19,593 bases of DNA from Candidatus Bathyarchaeia archaeon (lineage in GTDB: Archaea > Thermoproteota > Bathyarchaeia > Bathyarchaeales > Bathycorpusculaceae). The stretch's first letter is position 1. Each line of letters starts with the position of its first letter. A program made the position numbers and the translations under genes. Below the pieces are notes generated by a model. That model was given only the letters and a program-made list of their open reading frames with translations. It was not told the DNA's origin and did not search any database. Below, one piece after another: positions 7,051 through 15,563 of the stretch. The stretch lies in assembly GCA_050012255.1 (NCBI GenBank), contig JBEKHN010000027.1:1-19593 (forward strand). Direction: 5' to 3'.

Positions 7051-8687
7051 ACCGGTCAACGGTCATCAGCCTCGCTGCTGTTCTCTTCAAATCATACTTC
7101 AGAGCGAGCCGCTTTGGACGCAGAAGCCGCCTCTCAGACCCCGCAGTGCTAGTTTCTATAGACATAGCTCTCTTCGTCGCTCCGTTCGGGCCGCTTCTGT
7201 ATTTTCTCCCTCAGGTTCCGTCTGAATTAACGAGCCTGGTTCAAACGCTTGCAGTTCAGTCCCTCATCGTGCTCCCGGTCATTCTCACTTCGGCAGTCAC
7301 CTTGGCCGGAATACTGTTTGAACTTGGGCAGGGCAGCGGTCTCGCTTCAAGCGAAGCGGTGAACTGGCTTCCAGTGTCTCCTGGAGAGTACGTCGTCGCG
7401 TCAAGCGTTTCGGTGCTGTTCACCTACTCGCCTCTCCTGTTCATCGGTCTGGGAGTCACCATACCGCTTGCCCTGAACATCGGCATGGCTTCGGTTGTTC
7501 CCTTCTTCATCTTGATTTCCACTGTCGCCTACGTTTGGGGAGCAGTGATAGTAGAAGTGTTGAGGTCCGTGATGAACCGTATCTCCACAACGCTTTACAA
7601 GAAGAGCGGAAGACTCGGCATCATCCTCCGCATCGTCCTCGTCGTCGTACTGCTGGTCGCGGTGCAAACAGCCTTCAACCCATACATCCTTTACACCGCC
7701 CTTTCAGGCATCGTCAACGGCGTCAACCTAGCCTGGTTCGTGCCCGTAATCTGGCCCTCAGTCGCCGTCGTCTCCTTCCTAACCCTGGACGTGACAAGAG
7801 CAACCGTTTTTGCCATGCTTTCCATACTATTTACATTACTGATTTTCGAAGCCGCAACTCAACTAAGAGCTAGGTACTGGTCCCCCGTACCCGTCACCAT
7901 CACCGTGTCCACTTCAACTGTCTACATCCCTCAAGGAAAGTCATTCTTGTGGCTAGACCCAGTCGCTTTCGCAGTAGCCTCCAAAGAGTTAAGGTCTCTT
8001 GCAAGACGAAAAGAAATGGCAAGGTTCCTAGCCATACCCGTGCTGCTTGTAGTGTCCTCCTTGCTCCCCGTATTGACAAGCGGCGCGGATCCAAGAAATG
8101 CCCTATCAGGCGTGAGTCTCGTGCTTCTCGCTGAAACATCCCTCATTCTGCCCATGATGCTCTCCTCCATCAGCATAGGACAGGAAGGAAGCTCCATCGC
8201 CAACATCTACATGCTTCCCATCTCAGCTGACGAACTGGTCAAAGGAAAGCTCTTTCTCCCATGGATCATTTCAGGCGCTGGAATCTTGGCAGTCGCTTTT
8301 CTCATGCAATTCCTGGCTCCTGTTGCCCTGGGCATGTTCTTGGCAACTTTGTTCGCCGCAGCCTTCAACATGATAATACAAGGATACGTGGGCCTTGGAA
8401 CAGGCTCACGACATCCCAGCTTCAACGTGGGACCAAGAGCAAGATACCTTACGTTCACAGGATTCATAATAGCCTTCGTTATAGGAGGCTTGGCAACGGT
8501 GGCAACTCTAACCCCTTTGATACTGTACCAAGCAACGGGATTTCTAGCGATGTTGGGAGGTGGACCAGCTGCCTCGGTCTTGTTGACAACTATCTTGACA
8601 GCGGCAGTTGGAACATTCCTACTTGTGTTGACGCGCTACTATTGCATGCAAGGTGTAAAGAAACTCCTTTCTAGTATGGAAGCATAG
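7047..8687 (+). CDS. ABC-2 type exporter permease
   Basis: 546 aa with many TM helices, 4-nt overlap with the ATPase, KELRSLAR and LPIS...LVKGK motifs typical of such permeases. Confidence 0.88.
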   Translation: MNRSTVISLAAVLFKSYFRASRFGRRSRLSDPAVLVSIDIALFVAPFGPLLYFLPQVPSELTSLVQTLAVQSLIVLPVILTSAVTLAGILFELGQGSGLASSEAVNWLPVSPGEYVVASSVSVLFTYSPLLFIGLGVTIPLALNIGMASVVPFFILISTVAYVWGAVIVEVLRSVMNRISTTLYKKSGRLGIILRIVLVVVLLVAVQTAFNPYILYTALSGIVNGVNLAWFVPVIWPSVAVVSFLTLDVTRATVFAMLSILFTLLIFEAATQLRARYWSPVPVTITVSTSTVYIPQGKSFLWLDPVAFAVASKELRSLARRKEMARFLAIPVLLVVSSLLPVLTSGADPRNALSGVSLVLLAETSLILPMMLSSISIGQEGSSIANIYMLPISADELVKGKLFLPWIISGAGILAVAFLMQFLAPVALGMFLATLFAAAFNMIIQGYVGLGTGSRHPSFNVGPRARYLTFTGFIIAFVIGGLATVATLTPLILYQATGFLAMLGGGPAASVLLTTILTAAVGTFLLVLTRYYCMQGVKKLLSSMEA

Positions 8688-8856
8688 TTTCCGATTCCTC
8701 TTGTGCCCGCATAAACAAGCAGCGCGCGCTAGAAGAGACGAATGTAGAGTCAATTTACATTCTAGATTTCAAATTTCTAAGCGTAGAGACCTTACGTCAT
8801 CAAATCAAGAATTTTATGATATCTGCTCTCCCGTCGCAGGAGGAGTCATGGAAAGA

Positions 8857-9264
8857 TTAACTGACAGGTTTTCTTATCACTAGCGTCGCTTCTTTGATGC
8901 CTTGGAAGTGTGGGTCACCTGTCAGGATTCTTGTTCCAAGTTTTCTTGCTGTGGCCAATACAAATGCGTCGGCCAGTCCGAAGTCTTTCTTGCTCTTTCG
9001 CATTTCAGCGTGGATCATTCCTGTTTGCTTCGACAATTCCTCATCTACATCAATGACATCCGAGTTACTGAGCAAAATGCGATACGCAGTACACACGTCC
9101 TGCTCTTCGCGAGCAATCTTGCTTATCACCTCTCCAAGCGTCACAGCGCTTGTGTAAATCCCGTTACTCTCATCTTCAAGTATGACCTTGACTCTTGCGC
9201 CGATTTCGCTTCCAATCAGATACTCTATCCAAGCATATGCGTCAACCACATATTCTCTAGTCAT
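8857..9264 (-). CDS. vapC: VapC-family PIN-domain toxin
   Basis: YVVDAYAWIEY, TLGEV, GLADAFVLATA and LTGDPHF acidic PIN motifs. Confidence 0.92.
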   Translation of the reverse strand: MTREYVVDAYAWIEYLIGSEIGARVKVILEDESNGIYTSAVTLGEVISKIAREEQDVCTAYRILLSNSDVIDVDEELSKQTGMIHAEMRKSKKDFGLADAFVLATARKLGTRILTGDPHFQGIKEATLVIRKPVS

Positions 9265-9451
9265 GGCCGTTCAACTCGTCTTCTGCCGTGAACGGTTTCA
9301 GCATTCTAAATGCTCCGAACCCATCTATCTTAACCTTCCTCACGCTTATCTCCACCAATTCTCCTTCCTTGATCTTCTTACTATCGATGAGTTTCTTGGG
9401 TATTGTCACGACCAGCGAACCGCCAACTCTTCGGGTTTTCGTTACGCTCAT
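9257..9451 (-). CDS. AbrB/MazE/SpoVT-family antitoxin
   Basis: KTRRVGGSLVVTIPK...IKEGELV swapped-hairpin motif; overlaps vapC start by 8 nt; ORF open to 9484, ATG 9451 preferred. Confidence 0.9.
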   Translation of the reverse strand: MSVTKTRRVGGSLVVTIPKKLIDSKKIKEGELVEISVRKVKIDGFGAFRMLKPFTAEDELNGHD

Positions 9452-9571
9452 GAAGTATCCCTTATCCATCACAAAATAACACACAAGTTACACTTAACTC
9501 TTACTACAAACACTCTAAAGCTCTGATTAAGCACTCCAGAAAGACAAATATCCATTAGACAAGTTTCTGCA

Positions 9572-9644
9572 AGGGCCGGCGTGTTGGTCGTAACACTTCT
9601 TGCGTTGGAGACATCATCCGCAATCCGCCTTTTCTTCTGCAATC
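9572..9644. repeat. Junction repeat family 2, full copy
   Basis: GGCCGGCGTGTTGGTCGTAAC (20/21 match to 12970-12990); 9572-9631 aligns ungapped to 12837-12896 at 40/60; ends CCGCAATCCGCCTTTTCTTCTGCAATC. Confidence 0.8.
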
Positions 9645-9705
9645 TGATGTGAATAAAGTGATTGAATAATGCAGGATCGGCCGCACAGTCGTGCGTGAAC
9701 TTCGC

Positions 9706-10122
9706 TTATATTCTCCTTTTGAGGATGGTAATTATTGTTTCGTAGGCAAAATATGCGGCGGCCAAAGCCAGCATTGACGTGGAAAACAGGTATTCCCTCG
9801 TGAGTTGAGATGGCCTGAAGAGGATTATTTGGAACAGTACGGCTGTCGCAAAAACTGCGAAATAAAAGAGATATTTGGGCAGAAGGAGCTGGCGGAGTCT
9901 CACGAAGTTTTCGAGCACCAGTTTCTCCACAACATACCCGCCTGAGGTTTGTTTCAGTAGCCCTGCTTCTTCCAGTTTGTCCAGGTGGTAGGCTGCGAGC
10001 GTCGGGCTGCTCAGCTTAAGCGCTCTCTGAACCTCTCTGACGCCGACTGGTTTTCTCTGTTTTATGGCATACCTGTAGACTTCAGCAGTGTTGCCGGTTA
10101 AGACGTCATTTTCATCTTTCAC
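9706..10122 (-). CDS. Winged helix-turn-helix regulator with two C-terminal TM helices
   Basis: VGVREVQRALKLSSPTLAAYHLDKLEEAGLL wHTH followed by two hydrophobic helices. Confidence 0.88.
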   Translation of the reverse strand: MKDENDVLTGNTAEVYRYAIKQRKPVGVREVQRALKLSSPTLAAYHLDKLEEAGLLKQTSGGYVVEKLVLENFVRLRQLLLPKYLFYFAVFATAVLFQIILFRPSQLTREYLFSTSMLALAAAYFAYETIITILKRRI

Positions 10123-10176
10123 GTCCCAGGTCAGCTCAGTAGAAGTTAACCTTTCAACATTATTTCTGGTTATCGA

Positions 10177-10204
10177 TGTACAACAGAATTGTACGACTGT
10201 ACAA
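10177..10204. promoter_or_regulatory. Candidate operator: three TGTAC(A/G)A boxes in divergent promoter
   Basis: TGTACAA (10177-83), TTGTACG (10189-95) and TGTACAA (10198-204); the first two form an inverted repeat. Confidence 0.55.
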
Positions 10205-10246
10205 GAATGAAGGATTAAGTGAAAGCATCTTCCACGTAGTTAAGCG

Positions 10247-11092
10247 GTGAAATCAATGAGCCTATCAAAGAAAAAAGTAGCAAGATTAGTGGTCATCGGC
10301 ATAATTTCCGTCGCTCTTTTCGCCGCAACCATCTACTACACAGTTCCAGACAGTCTCCACCTCAGATCAATCGTGTTTGCCCTTGGTCCTAACCAATCCG
10401 CCTCTATGAACTCTGCAAATTCCTCCGTGTACTCACTCATAGCAGAGATAAATGTGACGTTTCAGAACGGAACAACATGGGTCACTGACCTCAATCTGCC
10501 CGATTGGCCTGGCGCCGTGGGAGCGGGAGAACTGAATTCAACAGAAATCAAGGATGTCCGACTCTACCCCTTCCCCGGCTATAGCGGTGGCCTCGATCTT
10601 CCAAAGCCCTATTTGGCCGCAATCGAGTACGCAGCAGATTGGGAGATTCGCACGAGTCTCACGGGAGAAGAAACAGTGAGTCTGGGCGTGTTAAGCGTTG
10701 TCAATTACACTTTTGGCTTTGGCGAGTCGAGTGGCATGCACCTGCCACCGGATTTCAGAGTTCCTACACTCAACTACACACTTTGGAAGGATGCTACAGG
10801 CTACTGGGACCTGGGCACGCTTCCTTATGGCCCATGGAATTGGCATATAAACAGCGATCAAATCCATGATATCCTCGCTAACACGACAGGTTCTGCCAGC
10901 ATATCCTTTGACGTGGACCTCAGCATGAACGTTTTCTATCAGGTCACCACCGAAGACGGTACCCAGACAGGCAGTGCCATTGTGGAATGGTCAGGAAGGT
11001 GGGGTACGCTTCAACTACTGAATGACGGCGACGGATTAATTGGACTGCGATACAGCTTTTCAGAAATAAGCCTAAGAATGATGGCCACTTAG
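10247..11092 (+). CDS. Membrane-anchored/secreted hypothetical protein
   Basis: Basic N-terminus plus TM helix, many N-x-S/T sequons, beta-rich composition. Confidence 0.8.
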   Translation: MKSMSLSKKKVARLVVIGIISVALFAATIYYTVPDSLHLRSIVFALGPNQSASMNSANSSVYSLIAEINVTFQNGTTWVTDLNLPDWPGAVGAGELNSTEIKDVRLYPFPGYSGGLDLPKPYLAAIEYAADWEIRTSLTGEETVSLGVLSVVNYTFGFGESSGMHLPPDFRVPTLNYTLWKDATGYWDLGTLPYGPWNWHINSDQIHDILANTTGSASISFDVDLSMNVFYQVTTEDGTQTGSAIVEWSGRWGTLQLLNDGDGLIGLRYSFSEISLRMMAT

Positions 11093-11112
11093 AACCTGCG
11101 CAGCGAGTGCTA

Positions 11113-11149
11113 AAAAATGGGAAGCTGCCAAGAATCCACCTTTTCTTCT
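11113..11149. repeat. Two back-to-back right-arm fragments of the junction repeat
   Basis: 11113-11128 reverse complement GCAGCTTCCCATTTTT resembles 13234-13249; 11133-11149 AATCCACCTTTTCTTCT matches 9622-9638 at 16/17. Confidence 0.6.
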
Positions 11150-11219
11150 CTTTTCTGGCAAACATGTAGTGCACCGGCTTGTCATCCGCAGACTTACCAT
11201 TCCTCATTTGCGAGGTCGG

Positions 11220-11963
11220 ATGATTAGGTTGCGCGTCCCAGTTGCCTTCTTGTTGTTGTTCATTGGCATCTTGCCTTTCGCATTGCACAGTGCAGAAGCA
11301 CAGGAACAAGGACTTGTGAGAATGTACATGATCAACCCGCTCACTGGGAACGAAACCTTCAACCTTCGTGACTATCCCGTCAACAGTGCTTTCACGGTGG
11401 ACTTCTACATAGGGAACGTTACAGACCTCATCACCTGGCAGATCCACCTGACCTACAACCGCACACTGATCAACTATGCGAAAGCATGGTTTCCAGACGA
11501 CAACGTGTTCAAGCAGGCAATCGACAAAGGCGCAACACCGATGAAAGGAATATCAGTCAACGTGGACAACGCCACCGACGTAGGAGACCTGTTGATCGTC
11601 ATGACCTGCACATACCCTCCAAGTGGCTCCCTTAAGTATCCGGTCACTGTTGAATCGAAAGAACTTTTGTGCAGAGTGAACTTCACGGTTGCAATGCACT
11701 CAACCTTCACGCAAATAGTCTTCGTTGCTAAGCAAGAGAACCCCTCAAGCCTCTACGTCGCGCCGCCTTACTACTTGGCCGGTTACGGAACGTCTGTGGA
11801 AACGCTCAGCGGCACGTACCTTGCAGACGGAGAGCCTGCAGTCATTTACGACCCGACCCCTATACCGGAAGCTTCAGTTTTGCTCATTCTGATATGGATT
11901 CCATCAACTCTGGCGCTTATCCTGACAAGAAAACGAACGAAGAGATGTGACCACGATCGCTGA
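11220..11963 (+). CDS. Cell-surface protein, cohesin-like domain with PEF-CTERM-like tail
   Basis: Signal peptide from ATG 11220 (GAGGT upstream); FTVDFYIGNVTDLITWQIHLTYN resembles the archaeal cohesin-like domain; C-terminal PIPEAS-TM-RKRTKR. Confidence 0.78.
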   Translation: MIRLRVPVAFLLLFIGILPFALHSAEAQEQGLVRMYMINPLTGNETFNLRDYPVNSAFTVDFYIGNVTDLITWQIHLTYNRTLINYAKAWFPDDNVFKQAIDKGATPMKGISVNVDNATDVGDLLIVMTCTYPPSGSLKYPVTVESKELLCRVNFTVAMHSTFTQIVFVAKQENPSSLYVAPPYYLAGYGTSVETLSGTYLADGEPAVIYDPTPIPEASVLLILIWIPSTLALILTRKRTKRCDHDR

Positions 11964-12086
11964 GATATGCGCCTAGTTTGCAGCGTCTGTACCTGTTCGA
12001 TGACCATTTGCAGCGCGGGGCAAAGCATCAGGCTTTTCAGAAAACGCAAACAACTCGCCCATAGAAAAGTAGGCGTATTAGTTTAG

Positions 12087-12110
12087 AAGGCTGGCGTGTT
12101 GGCGCGCGCG
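12087..12110. repeat. Truncated family 2 repeat fused to GCGCGCGC
   Basis: AAGGCTGGCGTGTTGGCGCGCGCG. Confidence 0.7.
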
Positions 12111-12114
12111 AAAT

Positions 12115-12765
12115 CTACACAGATTGCGATGGTGGAACTTGCTGCTCTGCAGAGAGCGATGTTCTCCTAGTTCTGCGCATCGCAAGGGCTGCACCGACGA
12201 TGGCCACCGCAATGACGATAGAAATTGCCAGCCAAAGCCACCAATCGAGCCCCAGAAACTTTAGCCCTTCAGATCCTGTTACCATGAAGGTCTGGATGCT
12301 TGATTCAAACTCGGCAAGGTGATTCTGGTACGCCAAAGGTGAAGAACCGTAGGCCATCACGAAGGCCTTTCCACCAGTAATCAGTACCACTTCTTTTTCC
12401 TGCACAGTGATGCCAGAAGAGACAATGGTGAAGACGAATTCGTAAGCGCTGATTCCGTTGACCTGACGAGATCCCTCAGAGATTAGACTGTAACCGGGTA
12501 GAATTTGCAGCTGCTGTCGGCCTGCTGCAATGTATCCTTCCAGGGAAAGGCCCGTTGATTCGACTTGAACATTGATGTTAGTTCTGAAACCAAGTTCTGT
12601 TGGTCCGCAAAACACGACTGCTGCATATGAGATTGTATCGTCAACAGTCCAAGCACTCGGGGGGTCAATAGAGAAGCCATATCGTCCGTTTTTATAGGCT
12701 TGAACTTCGCTTGTCTGAATTAACACAAAAGAGATAACCAATGCCAGAACGATGAGTTTCCTCAT
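12115..12765 (-). CDS. PsbP/DcrB-like domain surface protein with signal peptide and C-terminal TM
   Basis: YKNGRYGFSIDPPSAW, NINVQVE, FESSIQTF pattern of the PsbP-like fold; start MRKLIVLAL at 12765. Confidence 0.78.
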   Translation of the reverse strand: MRKLIVLALVISFVLIQTSEVQAYKNGRYGFSIDPPSAWTVDDTISYAAVVFCGPTELGFRTNINVQVESTGLSLEGYIAAGRQQLQILPGYSLISEGSRQVNGISAYEFVFTIVSSGITVQEKEVVLITGGKAFVMAYGSSPLAYQNHLAEFESSIQTFMVTGSEGLKFLGLDWWLWLAISIVIAVAIVGAALAMRRTRRTSLSAEQQVPPSQSV

Positions 12766-12836
12766 GCGTTTCACTCTTTCAACTAAGAGTTTTGTCGCAC
12801 TTAAACATAACTCAAAGAGCGTGTCCATCACCTCAG

Positions 12837-12900
12837 AAGGCTAACATGCTGGCTTTAACACCACTGGCGGTGGAGACGTCTCCGGCAACTCCCCTTCTTT
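12837..12900. repeat. Junction repeat family 2 copy containing palindrome GGAGACGTCTCC
   Basis: Ungapped 40/60 match to 9572-9631; palindrome at 12872-12883. Confidence 0.7.
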
Positions 12901-12969
12901 CTTTCTTCCTCATTTCCCAGAGTACAGTGAATACTTCAGCGGTGGAAATGTCGGCATTCAGTTGTGTAT

Positions 12970-13031
12970 GGCTGGCGTGTTGGTCGTAACCGCGTAGAGG
13001 TGACGTCGTCTCCCGCATTTTCCACCTTTTT
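12970..13031. repeat. Junction repeat family 2 copy
   Basis: GGCTGGCGTGTTGGTCGTAAC...CCCGCATTTTCCACCTTTTT. Confidence 0.8.
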
Positions 13032-13081
13032 AGGGAATGAGATAAACTTGATGGAAAGCCCATGTTTGGAGGTGTAATGTT

Positions 13082-13216
13082 GTGGAGGTCCAAGAAGTAG
13101 TCAAGTGTTCTCAGTGTAGCTGTACGCGAGTGTACAAAGATGGAATCCGTTACACACCGTTTGGACAAGTGCAGCGATATTTGTGTCGAGATTGTTGTTA
13201 TCGGTTTTCATGCTAA
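13082..13216 (+). CDS. 44-aa zinc-ribbon protein (IS1 InsA-like CxxC...CxxC), absent from the ORF track
   Basis: GGAGGTG 7 nt before GTG; MEVQEVVKCSQCSCTRVYKDGIRYTPFGQVQRYLCRDCCYRFSC*. Confidence 0.75.
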   Translation: MEVQEVVKCSQCSCTRVYKDGIRYTPFGQVQRYLCRDCCYRFSC

Positions 13217-13231
13217 GCAGTATTCCACGCC

Positions 13232-13257
13232 CCGCAACTTCCCATTTTTCTGCAATC
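13232..13257. repeat. Core plus right arm of the junction repeat
   Basis: CCGCAACTTCCCATTTTTCTGCAATC resembles CCGCAATCCGCCTTTTCTTCTGCAATC at 9618-9644. Confidence 0.65.
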
Positions 13258-13319
13258 CTCAAGAAAAATCGCTATGGTTGGCTTTTTTGTTGCGTGCCGC
13301 TTTTCGAATGATCAGATAT

Positions 13320-13390
13320 CATTATTTTTATTTCTCTAAACCTTAGTGATTCAGACATAACTACTAAGGAAATGAGAAAAAATTATAATG
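13320..13390. promoter_or_regulatory. Long imperfect inverted repeat upstream of abiEi, candidate autoregulatory operator
   Basis: Arms 13320-13347 and 13363-13390 match at 21/28, including CCTTAGT/ACTAAGG and TTTCTC/GAGAAA; 15-bp spacer. Confidence 0.7.
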
Positions 13391-13414
13391 AAGATTGATG
13401 TATTACTGCAATAG

Positions 13415-14641
13415 GTGATGTCAGAAATGGAACGTGATCTAGAAGCGTATGCTTCAAGGGAGATTATGAGGCTATATGGAAAACACACGCTCATAGCAAC
13501 GAATGAAACACTACCGGGTCAAATCAAAATTGACTTCCATCTGAAAGACGCGAATGATGCTGATGTGTTCGTAGAGATCTCAAACCGTAGAATAGAACGT
13601 TCCATGCTTAGCAAGATACTCAACCTATATTCCTCGATTTCTAACATCGAGCCTTCTCTAAAGAAATTCGAGTTAGTGATCATAGGGCGTGAGGTTGCTT
13701 CATCAGTGAAAAGGGAGCTTGAGAGACTTCCTATCAGACTTCTTACATTCAGAGAGCTAGGCATAACGAAGACAAAACTGCTAGAGATTGAAGAGGAGCG
13801 AAGACAGTTTAGAATTCGAAAACTGTCTCCCGAAGGGGCCAGTTTAGTGGCCAGGTGGGAGATTGAGAAGAAGACTACGATTCGACCGACAGATGTTCAA
13901 GAAATTCTGCATTGCACACTTGATCACGCCTACTTTCTGCTTCATAATCTAGAACGGAAGAAATGGCTTGAAAGAATAAACACCGGTATCTACCAGTTTG
14001 TCCCCGCTGCCTATGGTTATCCGGAGAAAATCCCCCCTGCCAATGCTTTCGTCGTGGGAGCAGCATTTGTAGAGCCATATTACTTCAGTTACTATACGGC
14101 GAATAGTCACTATGGTTTCACCACCCAAATGCCCTTTACTTTGTTCATTGCGACGCCAAAGAAGAAGCCCAATGTCGAATGGCAGAGTGTCACTTTTAAA
14201 TTTGTGACGTTGTCCAAAGAGAAATTCTTCGGTTTTCGTCGCGAAGGGGTTTTCGGTATTGAAGTGTGTATGGCTGAACCCGAGAAGTCTTTGGTTGACT
14301 CTTTTGACAAACCACATTATGCTGGAGGAATAGAGCAACTGGCAAGAATCACCTGGCTTGGGTTGGCAAGGACCGATCAAAGAAAGTTGGTTGATTATGC
14401 GGTTAGAATGAAATCACATGCATTGGTTCAACGATTGGGGTTCATCCTTGACTTCTTGGCAAAGGAAGGATTGACTACACCGCTGTCTTCTAATCTTAGA
14501 ATTGCGTTGTTGAACCATGTTGGGAAGACGCCGATATATCTCGACAGGAAAAAGGCGAAATCTGGTTCTTACGCCAGAGAATGGAAAGTTGTCAACAACC
14601 TATCTAGAGAACAACTTCTGAGCGAAATTGAAGTGCGGTGA
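13415..14641 (+). CDS. abiEi: Type IV TA antitoxin AbiEi family with an extra N-terminal endonuclease-like domain
   Basis: wHTH (LHNLERKKWLERINTGIY), YFSYYTANSHYGFTTQMP, EPEKSLVD and QRLGFILD motifs; directly upstream of AbiEii. Confidence 0.88.
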   Translation: MMSEMERDLEAYASREIMRLYGKHTLIATNETLPGQIKIDFHLKDANDADVFVEISNRRIERSMLSKILNLYSSISNIEPSLKKFELVIIGREVASSVKRELERLPIRLLTFRELGITKTKLLEIEEERRQFRIRKLSPEGASLVARWEIEKKTTIRPTDVQEILHCTLDHAYFLLHNLERKKWLERINTGIYQFVPAAYGYPEKIPPANAFVVGAAFVEPYYFSYYTANSHYGFTTQMPFTLFIATPKKKPNVEWQSVTFKFVTLSKEKFFGFRREGVFGIEVCMAEPEKSLVDSFDKPHYAGGIEQLARITWLGLARTDQRKLVDYAVRMKSHALVQRLGFILDFLAKEGLTTPLSSNLRIALLNHVGKTPIYLDRKKAKSGSYAREWKVVNNLSREQLLSEIEVR

Positions 14642-14647
14642 CAGAGA

Positions 14648-15550
14648 ATGCTGGACCAGAAATATGTGACATTCTACGCTCGATCGAGCGGAGTCCCATT
14701 GGATGTAGCAGAAAGAAACGTGGTTCTGACCTATGTCTTGCGGATCCTGTCGGAGAGCGCTCTGCCAGAGTTAGCTTTCAAAGGGGGAACATGCCTGAAG
14801 AAGACCTACTTTGGAAGAACTGGGCGGTTCTCGATGGATCTGGACTTCACGAGTTTAGGTGTGACCGTGGAAGAACTCCGAAATGTGCTCGGAGGTCAGC
14901 TACGTAACCATAGTCATTATGGCATTAACTTCAAAATTGCAGAGGAAAATGTCAGGGCAGGATTCGGTGCTGGTGCTGAGTCTTACATGGCCGTCGTCGA
15001 CTATGCTCACAGTTGGAATGCCAGTGGGTTCACGCTTGAGGTCAGTTACAGAGAGAATCCACTTCTTCCTCCCCAGGATGTGCTTATTTCGGATGAGTTG
15101 TATTTCAAGTTCCTTGAGTTTCAGAGATTTGCTCTAAGATGCTTGCAGAAAGATGAGCTTCTGGCCGAGAAGCTACGGGCAGCATTCCAGAGAATTCGAG
15201 GACGTGATCTTTACGACTTGTATTTGTTCTCGGAAAGGCCGTTTGACAGAGATTTGGTTAGAAAGCTTGTTGTTGTCAAATGCTGGAATGTCAGAGAACC
15301 GTTCGTTCCAGAGTCGCTCTTGGATCAGATAGCGACGGAAAGATACGATTGGGCCGATCTGCAGCGATTGGTCAGAAAGGGAGATCTGCCTTCTGAAGCA
15401 GCGCTCGTTAGAAAAGTCGTTAAAGAGTATGGGTTCCTGAAAGATTTGGACAGTGATCTAAACAAGATAGTCAAAGATTCCAAATCTCATAGGAACAGCA
15501 GGCTAGTGGCAGAAGTTCTGAAGGCTGCAGCAAAGCAAAGCGCGCGCTGA
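14648..15550 (+). CDS. abiEii: AbiEii/AbiGii-family nucleotidyltransferase toxin
   Basis: FKGGTCLKK...RFSMDLDF, AEKLRA and RDLYDLY motifs. Confidence 0.93.
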   Translation: MLDQKYVTFYARSSGVPLDVAERNVVLTYVLRILSESALPELAFKGGTCLKKTYFGRTGRFSMDLDFTSLGVTVEELRNVLGGQLRNHSHYGINFKIAEENVRAGFGAGAESYMAVVDYAHSWNASGFTLEVSYRENPLLPPQDVLISDELYFKFLEFQRFALRCLQKDELLAEKLRAAFQRIRGRDLYDLYLFSERPFDRDLVRKLVVVKCWNVREPFVPESLLDQIATERYDWADLQRLVRKGDLPSEAALVRKVVKEYGFLKDLDSDLNKIVKDSKSHRNSRLVAEVLKAAAKQSAR

Positions 15551-15563
15551 ACTTGCTCAACCT

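Noticed and set aside
10944-11447. 167-aa minus-strand ORF
   Set aside because: Overlaps two well-supported plus-strand genes; no motifs.
12833-13168. 111-aa minus-strand ORF
   Set aside because: Spans two non-coding repeats and is antisense to the better-supported zinc-ribbon ORF.
13082-13216. Intact IS1-type insertion sequence
   Set aside because: No transposase catalytic domain, terminal inverted repeats or target duplication follow the zinc ribbon.
100-13257. CRISPR array
   Set aside because: Repeats are degenerate and separated by whole genes, not 30-45 nt spacers; no cas genes.
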